64,000 nucleotides of DNA. Source: Octopus vulgaris. Lineage: Eukaryota. The notes under the pieces were generated by a model. That model worked only from the letters and a program-made list of their open reading frames with translations. It made no database searches and had not been told where the DNA came from. Below are positions 1-13,164 of this stretch, one piece after another. The translations under genes and the position numbers were made by a program. How positions within the stretch are numbered: position 1 is the stretch's first letter; each line of letters begins with the position of its first letter. The stretch covers positions 96,844,001 to 96,908,000 of the forward strand of contig OX597819.1 in assembly GCA_951406725.2 (NCBI GenBank), read 5' to 3'.

Positions 1-26
1 AGAGACTGGAGTGAATCTGTTAGAGA

Positions 27-237
27 CTGGTTTCAAATTTTGGCCGAAGTCCAGCAATTTCAGAGAAGAAGGAAAGTCGATGTAATGGACCCAAATATTC
101 AACTGGTATTTATTTTATCGACTCCCGAAAGGCAAAGTTGACCACGGCGAAATTTTAACTCAGAATGTGAAGACGGACGAAATGCTGCTAAGCATATTTT
201 GCCCAGCCTGCTTAACAATTCTGCCAGCTCTCCACCA
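27..237 (-). mobile_element. tRNA-headed SINE (Meta-domain-like family), diverged copy
   Basis: Reverse strand reads GG..GAGCTGGCAGAATTGTTAAGCA...TTCTGAGTTAAAATTTCGCCGTGGTCAACTTTGCCTTTCGGGAGTCGATAAAATAAATACCAG, homologous to the copies at 12737-12968 and 37912-38144. Confidence 0.8.
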
Positions 238-244
238 CGAATCT

Positions 245-1400
245 GATTGAATGTCAATCAGACAAGCGGTTCTTCTCTTGATACAATCCAAAATGTCTAT
301 GTGCGGAGCAGCAACACCGTTCCAGATGTAGGAACAGTACTCCTTTGTGGAACTCACTTGAGCCTAGTAGAATTTCAGCAGTTATGGAGATCTGAAATAT
401 TTGTGACCCAAAAGAGAAGGGTTTGTCTTTGGGATGCGGTCCTAGCTACACCATGGATCTGAATTCGCCAGAAGCAACTGCGTGGGCTGTAGCAGACTGC
501 CGTTCACGTTTAGTAGTGGTGTTTTATGAGTAGTGCTTGAGGGCTGTTATTTCTTATTAAAAGAGACATGGTTGACATAATTAGTGTAGGCATGACGTGT
601 GGTTATGTGTATGTTACGTATTGATGATGGAAAGTTACAGAGGAATGACAAGTCATGTCATTAGCAGAATAAGAGTGAGAGGTGTAGGGTGCAGTGAAAA
701 GTAGGATATTGATGAGGAAGAGAATTGGGGAGAAAACCAAACCCTGGAGAACGCCAAAGTTGATTGAGAGTGTGGTAGAAAATGCTCTGTCGCGATATAG
801 TGCGATAAAATAGGCGGCTAACAATCCAAAGGATGAAAGATGGGTGAGGACTGTAGACAGAGAGTTTTGATAGATTTGTGTGATAAACCCATTCAAAATA
901 TTTGCTGGCATCTAGAGGAACAACATGGCCTTCGCCGATAGCCCACTAGTGATTAACATAACAGAGTAGGTCGTCAGTGAATCTTGCTCTATGCGAACTA
1001 TACTAGTGGTTACTGGGGAAAGAGAAAGAAAAGGACTAGTAGGAGAGAGGGGGGAGAGAGAGACAGAAACAGACAGAGACAGACAGAGGCAGACAGACAG
1101 GCGGGCGGGCAGGCAGGTAGGCAGACAGACGGGAAAAGAGAGAGAGGAAAGAGAGGGAGAGAGAAAAAAGAAAGAAAGAAGGAAAGAAAGAAAGAAAGAG
1201 ATTCAAGGAGATGGAGAATGTCATTGTTAATAGCTGTCTCATTGCCTTGGTTGTATTAGAAGTGAGAGCAAATAGGACGATAGTTGGCTAGGCCAGAAGG
1301 GTTGCCCTTTTTTTGAAATGGGACACATTGAGGAGCGATCCAAACGTCAGTATTCCACTCCCTGTAGGGATATAGCTGCAAGGGGAGACATACTGTGTTG
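245..1400 (-). pseudogene. Degenerate L2/CR1-type LINE ORF2 (reverse transcriptase) relic, interrupted by a GA-rich simple repeat at ~1020-1205
   Basis: Minus-strand peptides in the expected order: PISKKGNPSGLANYRPI (~1270-1325), NFGVLQGLVFSPILFLIN...SYSAND (ORF 603-911; decayed GVPQG and YADD), EYCSYIWNG..HIDILDCIKRRTACLI (ORF 160-357). Confidence 0.8.
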
Positions 1401-1479
1401 TGATATTAAATGTGATATTAATGGACAGAACTATAACAGTAATCCGTCAACACGAAAAATTGGTCATAGTATCCAGTGT

Positions 1480-2672
1480 TGATAAAATGGTACTGACATT
1501 GATGGTTGATAGAATGGTAACAGTATAGTTAGAGGACAGACTGGTAACAGCATGATAGTTGGTAGACGAATTTACATTAGAGTAGTGATGATAGTATGGG
1601 TGGTTGATAGAGTGGTCATAATATAATGAGCTGATAGAGTAGTACTGATTGTATAGGTGGTTGATAGAGAGATCATAGTATAGTGAGCTGATAGAGTGGT
1701 CATAGTTACATTATAAATAGTGACTGTATAGGTAGTGGTGTAGTGGTATATGAAATTGATAGAGTTATGATGATAGTGTAGATGGGTGGTAGAGTGGTCA
1801 TAACATATTGAGCTTATAGGGAAGAGATGTTAACATACGTAGTTGATAGAGCGGTCGCAATGTTGTGAACTGATAGGGTAGAAATGATAGTATAGGTTGT
1901 TGAAAGTGTGGTAATAAAATTGTGAGATGATAAAGCAGAAATGATAGTATGGTTGGTTGATAGAGTGGTCATGATATAGTGAGATGATAGGGCAATGATA
2001 ATAGTATAGGTCGTTGATAGAGTGGTCATAATATAATGAGCTGATACAGTAGAGATGATAGTATGGTTGGTTGATAGAGTGTTCATAATATAATAAGCTG
2101 CTACAGTAGAGATAATAGTATGGGTGGTTGATAGAATGGTCATAGTATACTGAGCTGATAGAGTGGTCTTAGTATAGTGAGCTGATAGAGTAGTAATGAT
2201 AGTATGGATTATTGATAGAGTGGTCATAATATAATGAGCTGATAGAGTAGTAATGATTGTATGGGTGGTTGATAGAGAGATCATAGTATAGTGAGCTGAT
2301 AGAGTGGTCATAGTATAGTGAACTGATAGTGTAGTAATGATAGTATGGGTGGTTGATAGAGAGATCATAGTATAGTGAGCTGATAGAGTTGTCATAGTAT
2401 AGTGAGATGATAGAGTGATGATGATAGTATGGGTGGTTGATACAATGGTCATAGTATAGTGAGCTGATAGAGTAGTAATGATAGTATGGGTGGTTGATAG
2501 AGTGGTCATAATATAATGAGCTGATAGAGTAGTGATGATAGTATGGGTGGTTGGTAGAGTGATCATAGTATAGTGAGCTGATAGAGTAGTGATGATAGAA
2601 TGGGTGGTTGATAGAGTGGTCATAACATAGTGAGCTGATAGAGTAGTGATGATTGTATGGGTGGCTGATAGC
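1480..2672. repeat. Minisatellite of alternating 27-bp and 30-bp units
   Basis: Units TGAGCTGATAGAGTGGTCATAGTATAG (27) and TGATAGAGTAGTGATGATAGTATGGGTGGT (30); homogeneous at 2100-2660, decayed towards 1480. Confidence 0.9.
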
Positions 2673-2742
2673 GCGGAAAAATTTCCAATGTCAGTAGATC
2701 GAAAAACAGAAAACAGCAGGTCAGAACACCCTGACATAACTG

Positions 2743-4016
2743 CGGTGGTAGTTGTGATGGTAGTAGCAGCGGTGGTGGTGGTGGTGGTGGTGGTGGTGGT
2801 GGTGGTGGTGGTGGTGGTGGAGGCGACGGTGGAGATGGCTGCGACGGCGATGGTAGCGGTGATGGCTATGATGATGTCGGTAATGGTGGTAGTGGTGATG
2901 GTGATGGTGATGATGGTGATGGTGATGGTGATGGTAGTGGTGCTGGTGATAGTTGCGGCAGCTGGGGTGGTGATACTGGTGGTGATGATGATGATGGTAG
3001 TGGTGGTGGTTGTGGTGGTGGTGGTGGCGGTTGTAATTGCTGTGGTGGTCGGTGTTATTGTGTTGGTGGGGTGGGGTAGGGGGTGGAAGTTCGATTTGTT
3101 AATGTTGAGAGTTAGAAAGACACAGAAAGAAGAGGGAGAGAGAGACAGAGAGATAGGTAGAGAAAGAGAAAGAGAGAGGTGCTTGAAGAGGGAAGAGGAA
3201 ATATTGTAAGAGAGGGATGAGAGACAGTGATAGAGAAAGAAAGAGAAGAGGAAAATGCAAGGTGCGTTAAAGGGGAAAAAATGAAAGACCGAGAGGGGGA
3301 GGTCAGAATAGAAGGCAAAGGAGGAGGGAGAGACCAGAATAAGGTAGTTGTTGATTTGATGTTTGGGAGTCTGCTGGGATTGTGTTTATGTGTATGTACT
3401 GTGTGTGTATGTGTGTGAGTGTGTATGTCCGCGTGTACGTATGTATGTGTGTAAGCACGGTTGTGTGTCTGAGTCGATGTGTATATTAGAGTGTGTACGT
3501 ATGTGTCTGTGTGTTGGTGTGCATGTATACATACACGTCTTAGTGTTTGTGTATATGTGTATATATTGTATATATATATATATGTGTGTGTGTGTGTATG
3601 TGTGTATGCATGTGTGTTTAAGTATGTTTCTGTGTAAGTGTGTTGGTGTGTCTGTATGTTTCTGTGTCTGTGTGTTAGTGTGCCTGTGTGTACATACGTG
3701 TCTGAGTGGCTGTGTATATAATATATATATATGTTGTACACATTGCATGCATGAATCTGTATATGTGTGAAGTGTGTCTGTGTGTTAGTGTGTCTGTGTG
3801 TCTCAGTGTTACTGTGTTTCTGTGTTGATGTGTGTACATCCGTGTGTACCAACGTGTACCTGTGTAATGGCGTATGCATAGCACACTTGTTTCTGTGTGT
3901 GTGAGAGAGTATGTGTGTGTGTGTGTGTGCGCGCGCGTGTAATAATGTGGGTCATTTTAATATTTATACATTTACTGTGCGAGATACATATCTGTGTATG
4001 TGTATGTGTATGAGTG

Positions 4017-4104
<88 letters not shown>

Positions 4105-4110
4105 AAAAAG
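2743..4110. repeat. Compound low-complexity tract: (GGT/GAT)n, GA-rich, (TG)-rich, (TA)n(GA)n
   Basis: Directly visible simple repeats. Confidence 0.95.
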
Positions 4111-4199
4111 AAAGAGCGGGGAGGAGGAGAACACAGATGATGTATGTGTAGTTATCTTCGACCAATCAATAAAGATATGTTGGCAGTTGGATGCTAGAG

Positions 4200-4390
4200 T
4201 TTAGCCCCAAGTCAAACTAAGTGGACAAGCTTATGACCAAAGGCATTCTAAACATGACTACTCCATCATTTTTTCACTATCTACGACCGCATTATGCAAT
4301 GTTTAAATTCCATATTCTAGGTTGTGACATGAGGGATACTCAGCTGCTATTTCTAGCAAATCAATCGATCATGGAATAACTCTGTAGTTC
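4200..4390 (+). repeat. Unclassified interspersed repeat
   Basis: Shares blocks (ATGA[C/T]CAAAGG..TTC.AG.C.TGACCATC; GCTGCTATTTCTAGCA) with 7920-8330 and 17375-17555. Confidence 0.55.
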
Positions 4391-4631
4391 GATATATACA
4401 CACACAGGGTGTGAAGGGGGTGGGGGAAGAAGCGGTAAGCAGATATAGAGGGGACTGCTTAGACTGTTCTCGAAGCTCCAAGACTGACGTCGTTCACACT
4501 TGCCTCTAACTCGTTACAGAATACGGGGCTTGTCTTGTTCACCGATGGCGCTGCCCAGCTACTACAGTGCTGCGAGTGCCTGGCAAAATTCTTCATGCCA
4601 GATGCTCAGAATAATTCCTTCTACTATAAGT

Positions 4632-4830
4632 ATGAGGCCTGAAAATTTTGAGGGATGGGGCTAGTCGATTGCTTCCACCCCAGATCTTAACTGGTACGTA
4701 TTTTATCGACCTCGATAGGATGAGAGATTAAGTCGGCCCCAGCAGAATTTGAAGTCAGAACGTAAAGCTGGAAGAAACACCGCTAAGCATTTCGTCCGGC
4801 GTGCTAACGATCCCATAGATCGCAGCCTTA
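4632..4830 (-). mobile_element. Meta-domain-like SINE, diverged
   Basis: ACTGGTAC..TTTTATCGACC..ATAGGATGA...GAATTTGAAGTCAGAACGTAAAG...GCTAAGCATTTCGTCCGGCGTGCTAACG, as in the other family copies. Confidence 0.8.
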
Positions 4831-5079
4831 ATAATAAATTATTTAAAAGCTGTATCTACCCAAACCGTTGGGGTTAGTATAAAATATAGAATGCAACACA
4901 ATGCGGGGAGGTTTACTTTAAATCGTATCGAAAGAAAATAACAAGAAATAATAAAAAAAAATACCCAGAAAAAGTCCCCAGTAGAAAAAGGCAGTATTTT
5001 AGTTCTGAAGGTACCGATCAGTATACTCTGACCAGCAAAGGAAAATGCTTTTTCCAAGCTGTCATTCTTCAAACCTATA

Positions 5080-5800
5080 GTTTCATGCTGAATGTATCAC
5101 TGCTCAATCAGTTCCTGTTTATCACACTCACCTGCATTTCAATAAATCTAAGGTGTATAACGACTCCCTTTTCACCCTCTCATTCGTTTCCAAGTGGAAC
5201 TTGGAAAAGTCGATGGGGTTTTTGCGGAAGAGAAAAGTGCCTGTCTTCAGTCCTTTCAGTTGCATTCACAACACTTCTTTCATCATAGCCACCTGACAGA
5301 AGAAAAACTTCCTGTCCTTCCTGACCAAAAGAAAACAGTGGACGATCTTGATGGCGGACTCGTCTTAACCTCCACAACAATTGTTCTACAAAATTCCACG
5401 AGTCAGCAATGCTCGGACACAACGTGTGCAAGCGGAGCGGTTTCGTTGCTTTGCACATATTTCAGACATACTTAATTGATGGCACGTTCGTGCCTGTAAA
5501 ATTTATCTCTAACCGGTAATACCCCTCCTCTCTAAGAACAGTTCGATGAATAATTTCTGCAAATTATCCTTAGTACATGGACCGAAATTCTCCAGAGTAA
5601 ACCTGCCGTTCATTCTTGTGGCTACCTAGAATGTTGCCGCAGTTCCTCACCATTAGTCTTCTATATTATGCTAACGACTAGGTTCCACCGACCGTACTAC
5701 GTGACTAGTAGAGTGTTGTGCGCATTTAATAATATTCCTGACGTCAGGTCTTCTCTTGACATGAGATGGAAGCTCTGTCGAACAGACGAGCTAACTACTA
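5080..5800 (-). pseudogene. L1/Tx1-type LINE ORF2 C-terminal relic
   Basis: Frameshifted minus-strand peptides VQSNET..., CPSIADSWNFVEQLL (zf-RVT-like), LKGLKTGTF and NPIDFSKFHLETNERVKRE; a similar segment lies on + at ~22560-22780. Confidence 0.6.
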
Positions 5801-6831
5801 TAGTAACTGCTAACTACTATAGTAGTTGAGATTGGCATCAGAGTCCACCACCATCTGTAGTCTACCAGACATGGTGACAGTTAGTAAATTGCCACTGAAA
5901 ATCCGCAAATAACAGCTTAGAATAGAGCAACGCGCCTTTTCCAGGCTGTTCATACTAAACTGTGATTTTGTTGTTATGTCACGCCTTTGTAACTAGCGTT
6001 CATAGAACATCCTTTGTTCCTTCGTGCCTGGAGGAGACATTAGATCCAACAACGCCTTTCAGAATGAAAAATATATGCGAGAGGTTATTTCTACAGCTAG
6101 AATTTTAATTTATATTTTTCCCAATTTCTAATTTATTCACTATATTTTTTCCCTTTTTTTTTTTCTTGTAAAATCTATTTCATTCTACTTTAAACGCCTT
6201 CTTTATTGTACCCTACCACTGGTTTTTAAGGATAACTCCTAATTACCTATCTGATTCGTTAATCCGGTCACTACAGGTTTTGCATAACAGGAAATGACAC
6301 GTTTAGCTTCCAGTTATCGGGTCTCTCCCATTGCATTTGAGAAGATCGACCACGCAGATTAAACATGTTAGCTAGATGTAACCATCTGGCTTTATTTGTG
6401 CTCATACATCACTAAATTTGCCTGTCTGCATTCGTTCAATCGAGAAATCCAGTCGGTATTTGTCACACAACTGAAACTGTTTTGGTCAGTTAGCTCATTT
6501 CTGACGAATATCCCAATGTGCGTCTACAAGACAATTCCTGTCTCTCACTTGCCCTACAGATCATTCACTTCCCTGAGCGTTTCAAAATATTTAAATATTT
6601 AAATAAATATTTAAATATTCGGAGCATAATCGCCACGAGTTTGTTGGCATCCATCAACCCTAGCACTTTAAGTGTTCTTTATTTTATCAACCACTGAGGG
6701 GTGAAATGCAAAATTGCCCGAGGCTTCGGAGGAATTTGTACTCAGAACGTAAAAAACCGGAAAAATATCGCGGGTATTTTTTCCAACATTATTACAATTC
6801 ATAGCGCTCGCACATACACACATACAAACAT

Positions 6832-6891
<60 letters not shown>

Positions 6892-7054
6892 CACTCACAT
6901 ACACACAGAAGGCATTCTCTATGCAATTAACAACCAACAATATAACACAACCCACGATATCAAATTGTAAATACACCTGAATTATGTATGTGTCTGTGTT
7001 TATGTGTGTGTGCATGTGCATGTATGTATATATGCATATATATATGTATATATA

Positions 7055-7121
<67 letters not shown>

Positions 7122-7629
7122 CATACATTAATTTTTACAGCGAAATACACTTGTTTGGATATCCCATGTGACTGTCTCTCCTTAAATTTTTCTATAACAA
7201 AGAAGTAGCTTCTTTTACTTCTCGAGGATAAATAAATAATGTTATTTGAACGCCCTACGCCCGTGCGTCTCGTCTCCTGTGGTGTTCTCACAGTTATCCA
7301 GATATTTCAATTCATATATTTTCAATCACTTTTGGATATCACCCGTAAGATATGAGTTACGTCATATCCCGTATCCTCTTCTGAAAACTGACATATATTT
7401 CAGTTGCCATGGAAACACAGGAATCTGTGAATTGACTGATTGACTAAATGAAAAAAGTGGATGAATGAAGCAAAAGATATTGAAATAAAGATGGCGTGTT
7501 ATGGTGATAATTTTAATAAATTGAAATATCGCTGATAGTGAGCGCCGTAGAGAGGAAGTTGCCTTGTATGATTTCCATTTCTGGCAATTGTTGTTTAGCC
7601 CTAGGACATCGCTGATGAATGCACGAGCA

Positions 7630-7918
7630 TTAGTGATAAGGTTGTAAGTTCGATTCCTGACGGCGCGTTCTGTCCTTAAGAAAGACACTGCTTCTCGTTG
7701 CTCTAGTCCACTCAGCTAGGCAAAAATGAGTTGTACCTTCTAGTCAAAGGGCCAACCTTGTCACACATTCTGTGTGACGGTGAATCTTCCCGAGAACTAC
7801 GTTAACAAATACGCGTGTTCGTGGAGTAATCAGCCACACGCACGTTAATTTCACGATCACGTTATTCCGTTAATCGGATCGACTGGAACACTCCTCGTCG
7901 TAACCGACGAAGTGCCAG
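7630..7918 (+). mobile_element. SINE with CORE-like body and a 3' module shared with 26760-27140
   Basis: B-box GTTCGATTCC, TGTCCTTAAGAAAGACAC, then AAAGGGCCAACCTTGTCACAC...GAACTACGTTAA...CACGTTAATTTCACGA...CTCGTCGTAACCGACGAAGTGCCA. Confidence 0.8.
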
Positions 7919-8542
7919 TTTTGGGTCAGCGTTGGTACCGAACAGATCAATAATAAATGGCATTCCAGTCGAAACCATACCACTTTTCTTTTATACATGG
8001 TTACTGTGGGCTACATTTTCCAGTGTGTCCTTCTGAATTTAAGAAAGCTGCTATTTCTCGCATGTCGATTGGTTGCATACTCATTACCCTGTTGGATCAC
8101 ATACCATATAGTAATTGTTGATGTTGCTGTTGTTTCTTAGACCCATGTCGGCCTAAACTTGCAGACCTATGATCGAAGGTTTCCAGCTGTGACCATCACA
8201 CCTTTAATGACTTCCTTATCTAAAGTGCCCTTTCTTTTAAAATGGTAGGTTGTGATTTGTGGTAAAATTAGTGCCGATTTCTATCAGCTCAAATGACATC
8301 ATAGAAGTTCTTTTGCTGATTCGCTCTATACCTAGAGTTTATATCATATGGTATATCCAGTATGTGTGAGTGCGCGTAGCCTAGTGATTAGACTGTTGAG
8401 CTGACGATCATAAGATCGTAGGTTCGATTCCTGAGCGGTGCTTATACTTTGGGTCTCTTTTTCCGAACCACTAAATTACAGAATCGTAAACATACTAACA
8501 CCGGTTGTCAAGCGGTGTGGCGAGGGAACACACACACACACG

Positions 8543-8650
8543 CCCGAGGGTCGGCGAAAGCATTCATAGGTTGAGCAAAATACTTTCATAGAATGTGACC
8601 AAATGAGGTTTATTTTTCAATATATTATAGTAATCCACCTTGCGGACACA
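8543..8650 (+). mobile_element. Mariner-like terminal fragment
   Basis: CGAGGGTCGGCGAAAG...ATGAGGTTTATTTTTCAATAT..CCACCTTGCGGACACAC resembles a mariner TIR/subterminal region; recognition only. Confidence 0.35.
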
Positions 8651-8654
8651 CACA

Positions 8655-8714
<60 letters not shown>

Positions 8715-9585
8715 AACACACATACACACACACACACACACATATGGATTCCAATCGGCTATATTTGGTCAGATATCTGGTCTGAAGATGACTTTCTCTC
8801 TTGAGACACTCTAAAGAATCATGAGCAATTCCGTTCCGCCTCTAAGAGAGCCATGAAAAACAGTTTGGGCGGTGGTCACCAAGCAGGAAAATCCATGTTC
8901 TAAAGGCGCAGTCAACAAATATGGGATGGAAGAATAGATTAGTTATTAAGCTATTTGCTTGTAAGTCATGAGTTCAACTCTGTTGAAGGAATTTCGTTGT
9001 TTCAGTTCAAAACACTTTATTCTCCATCGTTTCAGGTGTTGTATATAACACTTTAGTAGCTGAACTAACCTACTTCAAGAGAAATTTAAAGGAGAAACAG
9101 TTATCCGCAGAAAGTTATGCATGGATACACATCCCACAAGCTACAGAATACCAACGACATTAACAGGAATAATAGATTTTCCTGGACTTGTGATTCATAC
9201 GTTATATCCCATCAAAAACGATTCGCTTTCCATATTCAAAACTAAAAGATTGCTACTAAAAACCTGATCAACAAGAAAGATTAGGATGTCTATAGATCTA
9301 CATGTTATAAAAGCAAATGTCGATTGTACGGTATCAGTTGGAAAACATTGCTAACATCATCAACTGTCCAAAAACGCAGAGTAATAATGAACGTTCGTGT
9401 ACTACAGTCGTATACATGCATACATACATACACGCATACATACATACACTGCATATATATATATATATGCGTTGCGTATGTGTGTGTGTATTATTTATTA
9501 ATTCATGATAGAATATAAGGATAAAAATTATGCTAATGATTTTTATCAGGCAGTCAGCATTCTATAACAATTTATAGGCAATTTA

Positions 9586-10260
9586 TACATTAAATTAATA
9601 ATAATATACATATGCATATAATTATATTAAGAGAGCAAGGGCTAAAACGACCTATCTCCTGCATGCTAGAAGTGCCGATGCCTTAAAAAAAACTACCAAA
9701 AACTCCAGATAAATATACACATGGCTGAAAGTGGGCTAGTAAAAGGATATCAAAAAGACCTCACTAGCCCGCTGGAGTTTTTGGCAATGTTCGCCCTTGC
9801 TCCATTAATATAATTATATACATATACTCTTTTACTCTTTTACTTTTTTCAGTCATTTGACTGCGGCCATGTTGGAGCACCGCCTTTTGTCGAGCAAATC
9901 AACCCCAAGACTTATTCTTTGTAAGCCTAGTACTTATTCTATCGGTCTCTTTTGCCGAGCCGCTAAGTTACGGGGACGTAAACACACCAGCATCGGTTGT
10001 CAAGCGATGTTGGGGGGACAAATACAGACACACAAACACACATATATATACATATACATATATACGACGGGCTTCTTTCAGTTTCCGTCTACCAAATCCA
10101 CTCACAAGGCTTTGGTCGCCCCGAGGTTATATTAGAAGACACTTGCCCAACGTGCCACGCAGTGGGACTGAACCCGGAACCATGTGGTTGGTAAGCAAGC
10201 TATTTACCACACAGCCACTCCTGCGCCTAGTAATATGTATATTATTATTAATTTAATATA
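9586..10260. mobile_element. Hairpin MITE-like element with a SINE inserted in its right arm
   Basis: 9589-9613 pairs with 10234-10258; 9610-9642 pairs with 9793-9825; inner pairs CCAAAAACTCCAG/CTGGAGTTTTTGG and GGGCTAGT/ACTAGCCC. Confidence 0.75.
9823..10228 (-). mobile_element. Full-length CORE-type SINE with internal microsatellite
   Basis: Head GGCGCAGGAGTGGCTGTGTGGTAA, B-box GGGTTCAGTCCC, CORE-like TGGCACGTTGGGCAAGTGTCTT, internal (TA)/(TG), tail (GTAAAAGA)n. Confidence 0.92.
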
Positions 10261-10528
10261 AGATAAGGTAGGATCCATGAATCGAGATGTAGGAATAAAG
10301 TTAGCTTCAAGCAATCTGTAGTAAATATAAAAAACAACTTTCATGAACAATACTGGTTTATTGAGACGGAAGGTTGTGGATTTTTTTTTATCGAAGTGCG
10401 ATATATTGAAATAAGTTCTTTATATTTCAGTGTTGCCGGATATGCGAATAAAAATACAAGAGTTAAGGAATGGAGTAGATAAGATCCGGGTCTTATCTAC
10501 TCCATTCCTTAACTTTTGTGTGTGTGTG

Positions 10529-10590
<62 letters not shown>

Positions 10591-12204
10591 ATTACATATA
10601 CATATACATATACATTACATGTGTGTGTGCGCGCGCGCACATGCGTAAATGTATATACATATATATATACATGTTAATACATGCACGTACACTTGTATAC
10701 TTACACACATATTATATACCACATTGAAGTATCTAAATGCTAAGTACTATTTTGTCGATGATTTTAATGAAAAAGAGATCAATTTAGACAAGATTCGATC
10801 CGTTGTCAGAGTTTTATGAGATTTGCTAATTTTCTCAGGAATATTTCAAGAGAAATAATAATATTTAAATTGTTGGTGTTAATACTTTTCTTCCAGACAT
10901 TTTGGTAATTTCTGTAATGTATAAAAACCGTAAATATTTGTTGTTAAATTAAGATGTGAAACACTGATCCGAGAAGAAAATTACTTAATCAGCTTGAAAT
11001 GGATATTGACGGGGCGAAGTAACTGTGGCTAGAAACCGCTGGGATGGAAGAAAGTTAGATATTAGCATTGCATTGTTTGATTTCGCTACCATGACAACGA
11101 GCAGGTTGAGGCGTTTCATTACATCTAAAGGTCTGTTTCACCACTACAAGTGTTTATACGCGACAAAAACTGCTGTAGCGCCAAGTATTGCATTTACAGC
11201 AATAATTCACTACGCGAGTTTGATGATCGACTTTGCTGTGGGATATTTAAATGAGGTGTTTCGTTAAACAAACCCGAACACTGACCTGATGTTTGCCATT
11301 TGGTTGGTGTAGAACAAATAATCTGTACAATACATTCACCAAACATCTGCGCAGTTAATTAATCATGGTCACTGCACACTGCTTGTCTGTAGCTAATCAA
11401 ACCATGCTATTCAACTGAACATCCTCTTCTGCTTCACTGATCATACGAAATGCAAACATTAAGTCAACCAAATGATAACGTATTCTTCGAGCATTTCACA
11501 AGCAATTTAAGATGATTTAACCGGATTAGTATCGCCTGTGCAACTAATGTTTGGTGGTGTAGTGGTACTATGATAGGATTTGTGGTGATTGCGGCAGTGA
11601 TTATAGTTGTGGAGGAACGGTGGTATGACGGAGTGGTGATGTATCCATATAGTGAATTGTAATGTATTGTACAGCGCAGTAGAACGAGGAGGATATAAGT
11701 GATGTGGTGATATTTTAGTGGAGAGGTAGGGATAAAGAGGTAGTGTCGGGGTCGGACGAGTTTCGTATTTATGAATCTGGAATGCTGAAATAACAAAAGG
11801 AAGTAAAATACTAAAATGAAATATGACTAACTATTAAAAAAATAAGAAATCTGGGGTTTGGAATTAATAAATCATATTCTTTGAGAATCACATTTGTCTG
11901 AGTCGATAACGTGTTGGACTGTAAACAGTTGAAGTTTCGTACCCCAGCAAATGCAAAGCGCAGCTGTATCTATAGACAAAATATCATTTAATTCTCCCTA
12001 ACTTAATTTACTTAACTATAAATACACACCTAGTCTATGGGAAGGTACCCTTTGTACACGACACCTGTGGTAATGTACACTTTCTACACTATGTCGATGG
12101 TATGGAACCCATTATATATACGCAGTATATAAGCTACAGATTATATACCACGTCTAAGGAAATCTCTCGCATGCTCCAATAAGATCATTAACGGCTTATG
12201 TTCC

Positions 12205-12284
12205 ACACGGAAACTGAAAGAAGCCCGTCGATATATATATATATATATGTGTGTGTGTATGTGTGTGTGTGTATGTGTGTGTGT

Positions 12285-12331
<47 letters not shown>

Positions 12332-12548
12332 TATGTCTGACCCCCCCAACATCGCTTGACAACCGATGCTGGTGTGTTTACGCCTCTGTCACTTAGCGGT
12401 TCGGCAAGAGAGACCGATAGAATAAGTACTAGGCTTACAAAGAATAAGTCTTGGGGTCGATTTGCTCGACTAAAAGCGGTACTTCAGCGTGGCCGCAGTC
12501 AAATGACTGAAACAAATAAAAGAATAACGAATAAAAAAAAAAGAATAT
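12205..12548 (+). mobile_element. CORE-type SINE, 5'-truncated
   Basis: ACGGAAACTGAAAGAAGCCCGTCG-(TA)(TG)n-CCCCCCAACATCGCTTGACAACCGATG...GGCCGCAGTCAAATGACTGAAAC. Confidence 0.9.
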
Positions 12549-12736
12549 AACGTGCTATGATATAACAAACCGTAGTATATTGTAATATAGTGTAATATCC
12601 TGCAATCTGCTGTAAAATGATATAACAAGGTATAGCATACTGCAACTTTGTGTAACGTACCTAATCTATCTTAAGACATAACACGCCATAAGATGCTGTG
12701 CCATGCCGCAACATACTGTAACGTAACGTAATATAT

Positions 12737-12968
12737 ATTTCTTTACTACCCACAAGGGGCTAAACACAGAGGGGACAAACAAGGACAGGCAAACGGATTA
12801 AGTCGATTACATCGACCCCAGTGCGTAACTGGTACTTAATTTATCGACCCCGAAAGGATGAAAGGCAAAGTCGACCTCGGCGGAATTTGAACTCGGAACG
12901 TAAAGACAGACGAAATACGGCTACGCATATCGCCCGGCGTGCTAACGTTTCTGCCAGCTCGCCGCCTT
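12737..12968 (-). mobile_element. Full-length Meta-domain-like SINE with 15-bp TSD
   Basis: TSD ACGTAACGTAATATA at 12721-12735 and 12969-12983; central GCCTTTCATCCTTTCGGGGTCGATAAATTAAGTACCAG resembles the MetaSINE domain. Confidence 0.92.
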
Positions 12969-13164
12969 ACGTAACGTAATATACTGTAACGTCACATCAT
13001 CTTCTGCACAAGATGGTTGCGTGAACAAGTTAACGGAGAGACGATTGGAACGTTTTAGAATTAAAAATAAAATAATTCTAATGATCACATTTTTTTCTAT
13101 GTCTTTTATACACTTCATCATACTTCATTCTTTCTTCATTCATCCCTTGAAGTGATGCACTTGA

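Noticed and set aside
2646-4204. Long ORFs rich in V/M, H/T, Y/I or C/V (also at 24-25, 32-33, 42-46, 50, 52, 59 and 61 kb)
   Set aside because: Translations of microsatellites; stop-free only because of repeat composition.
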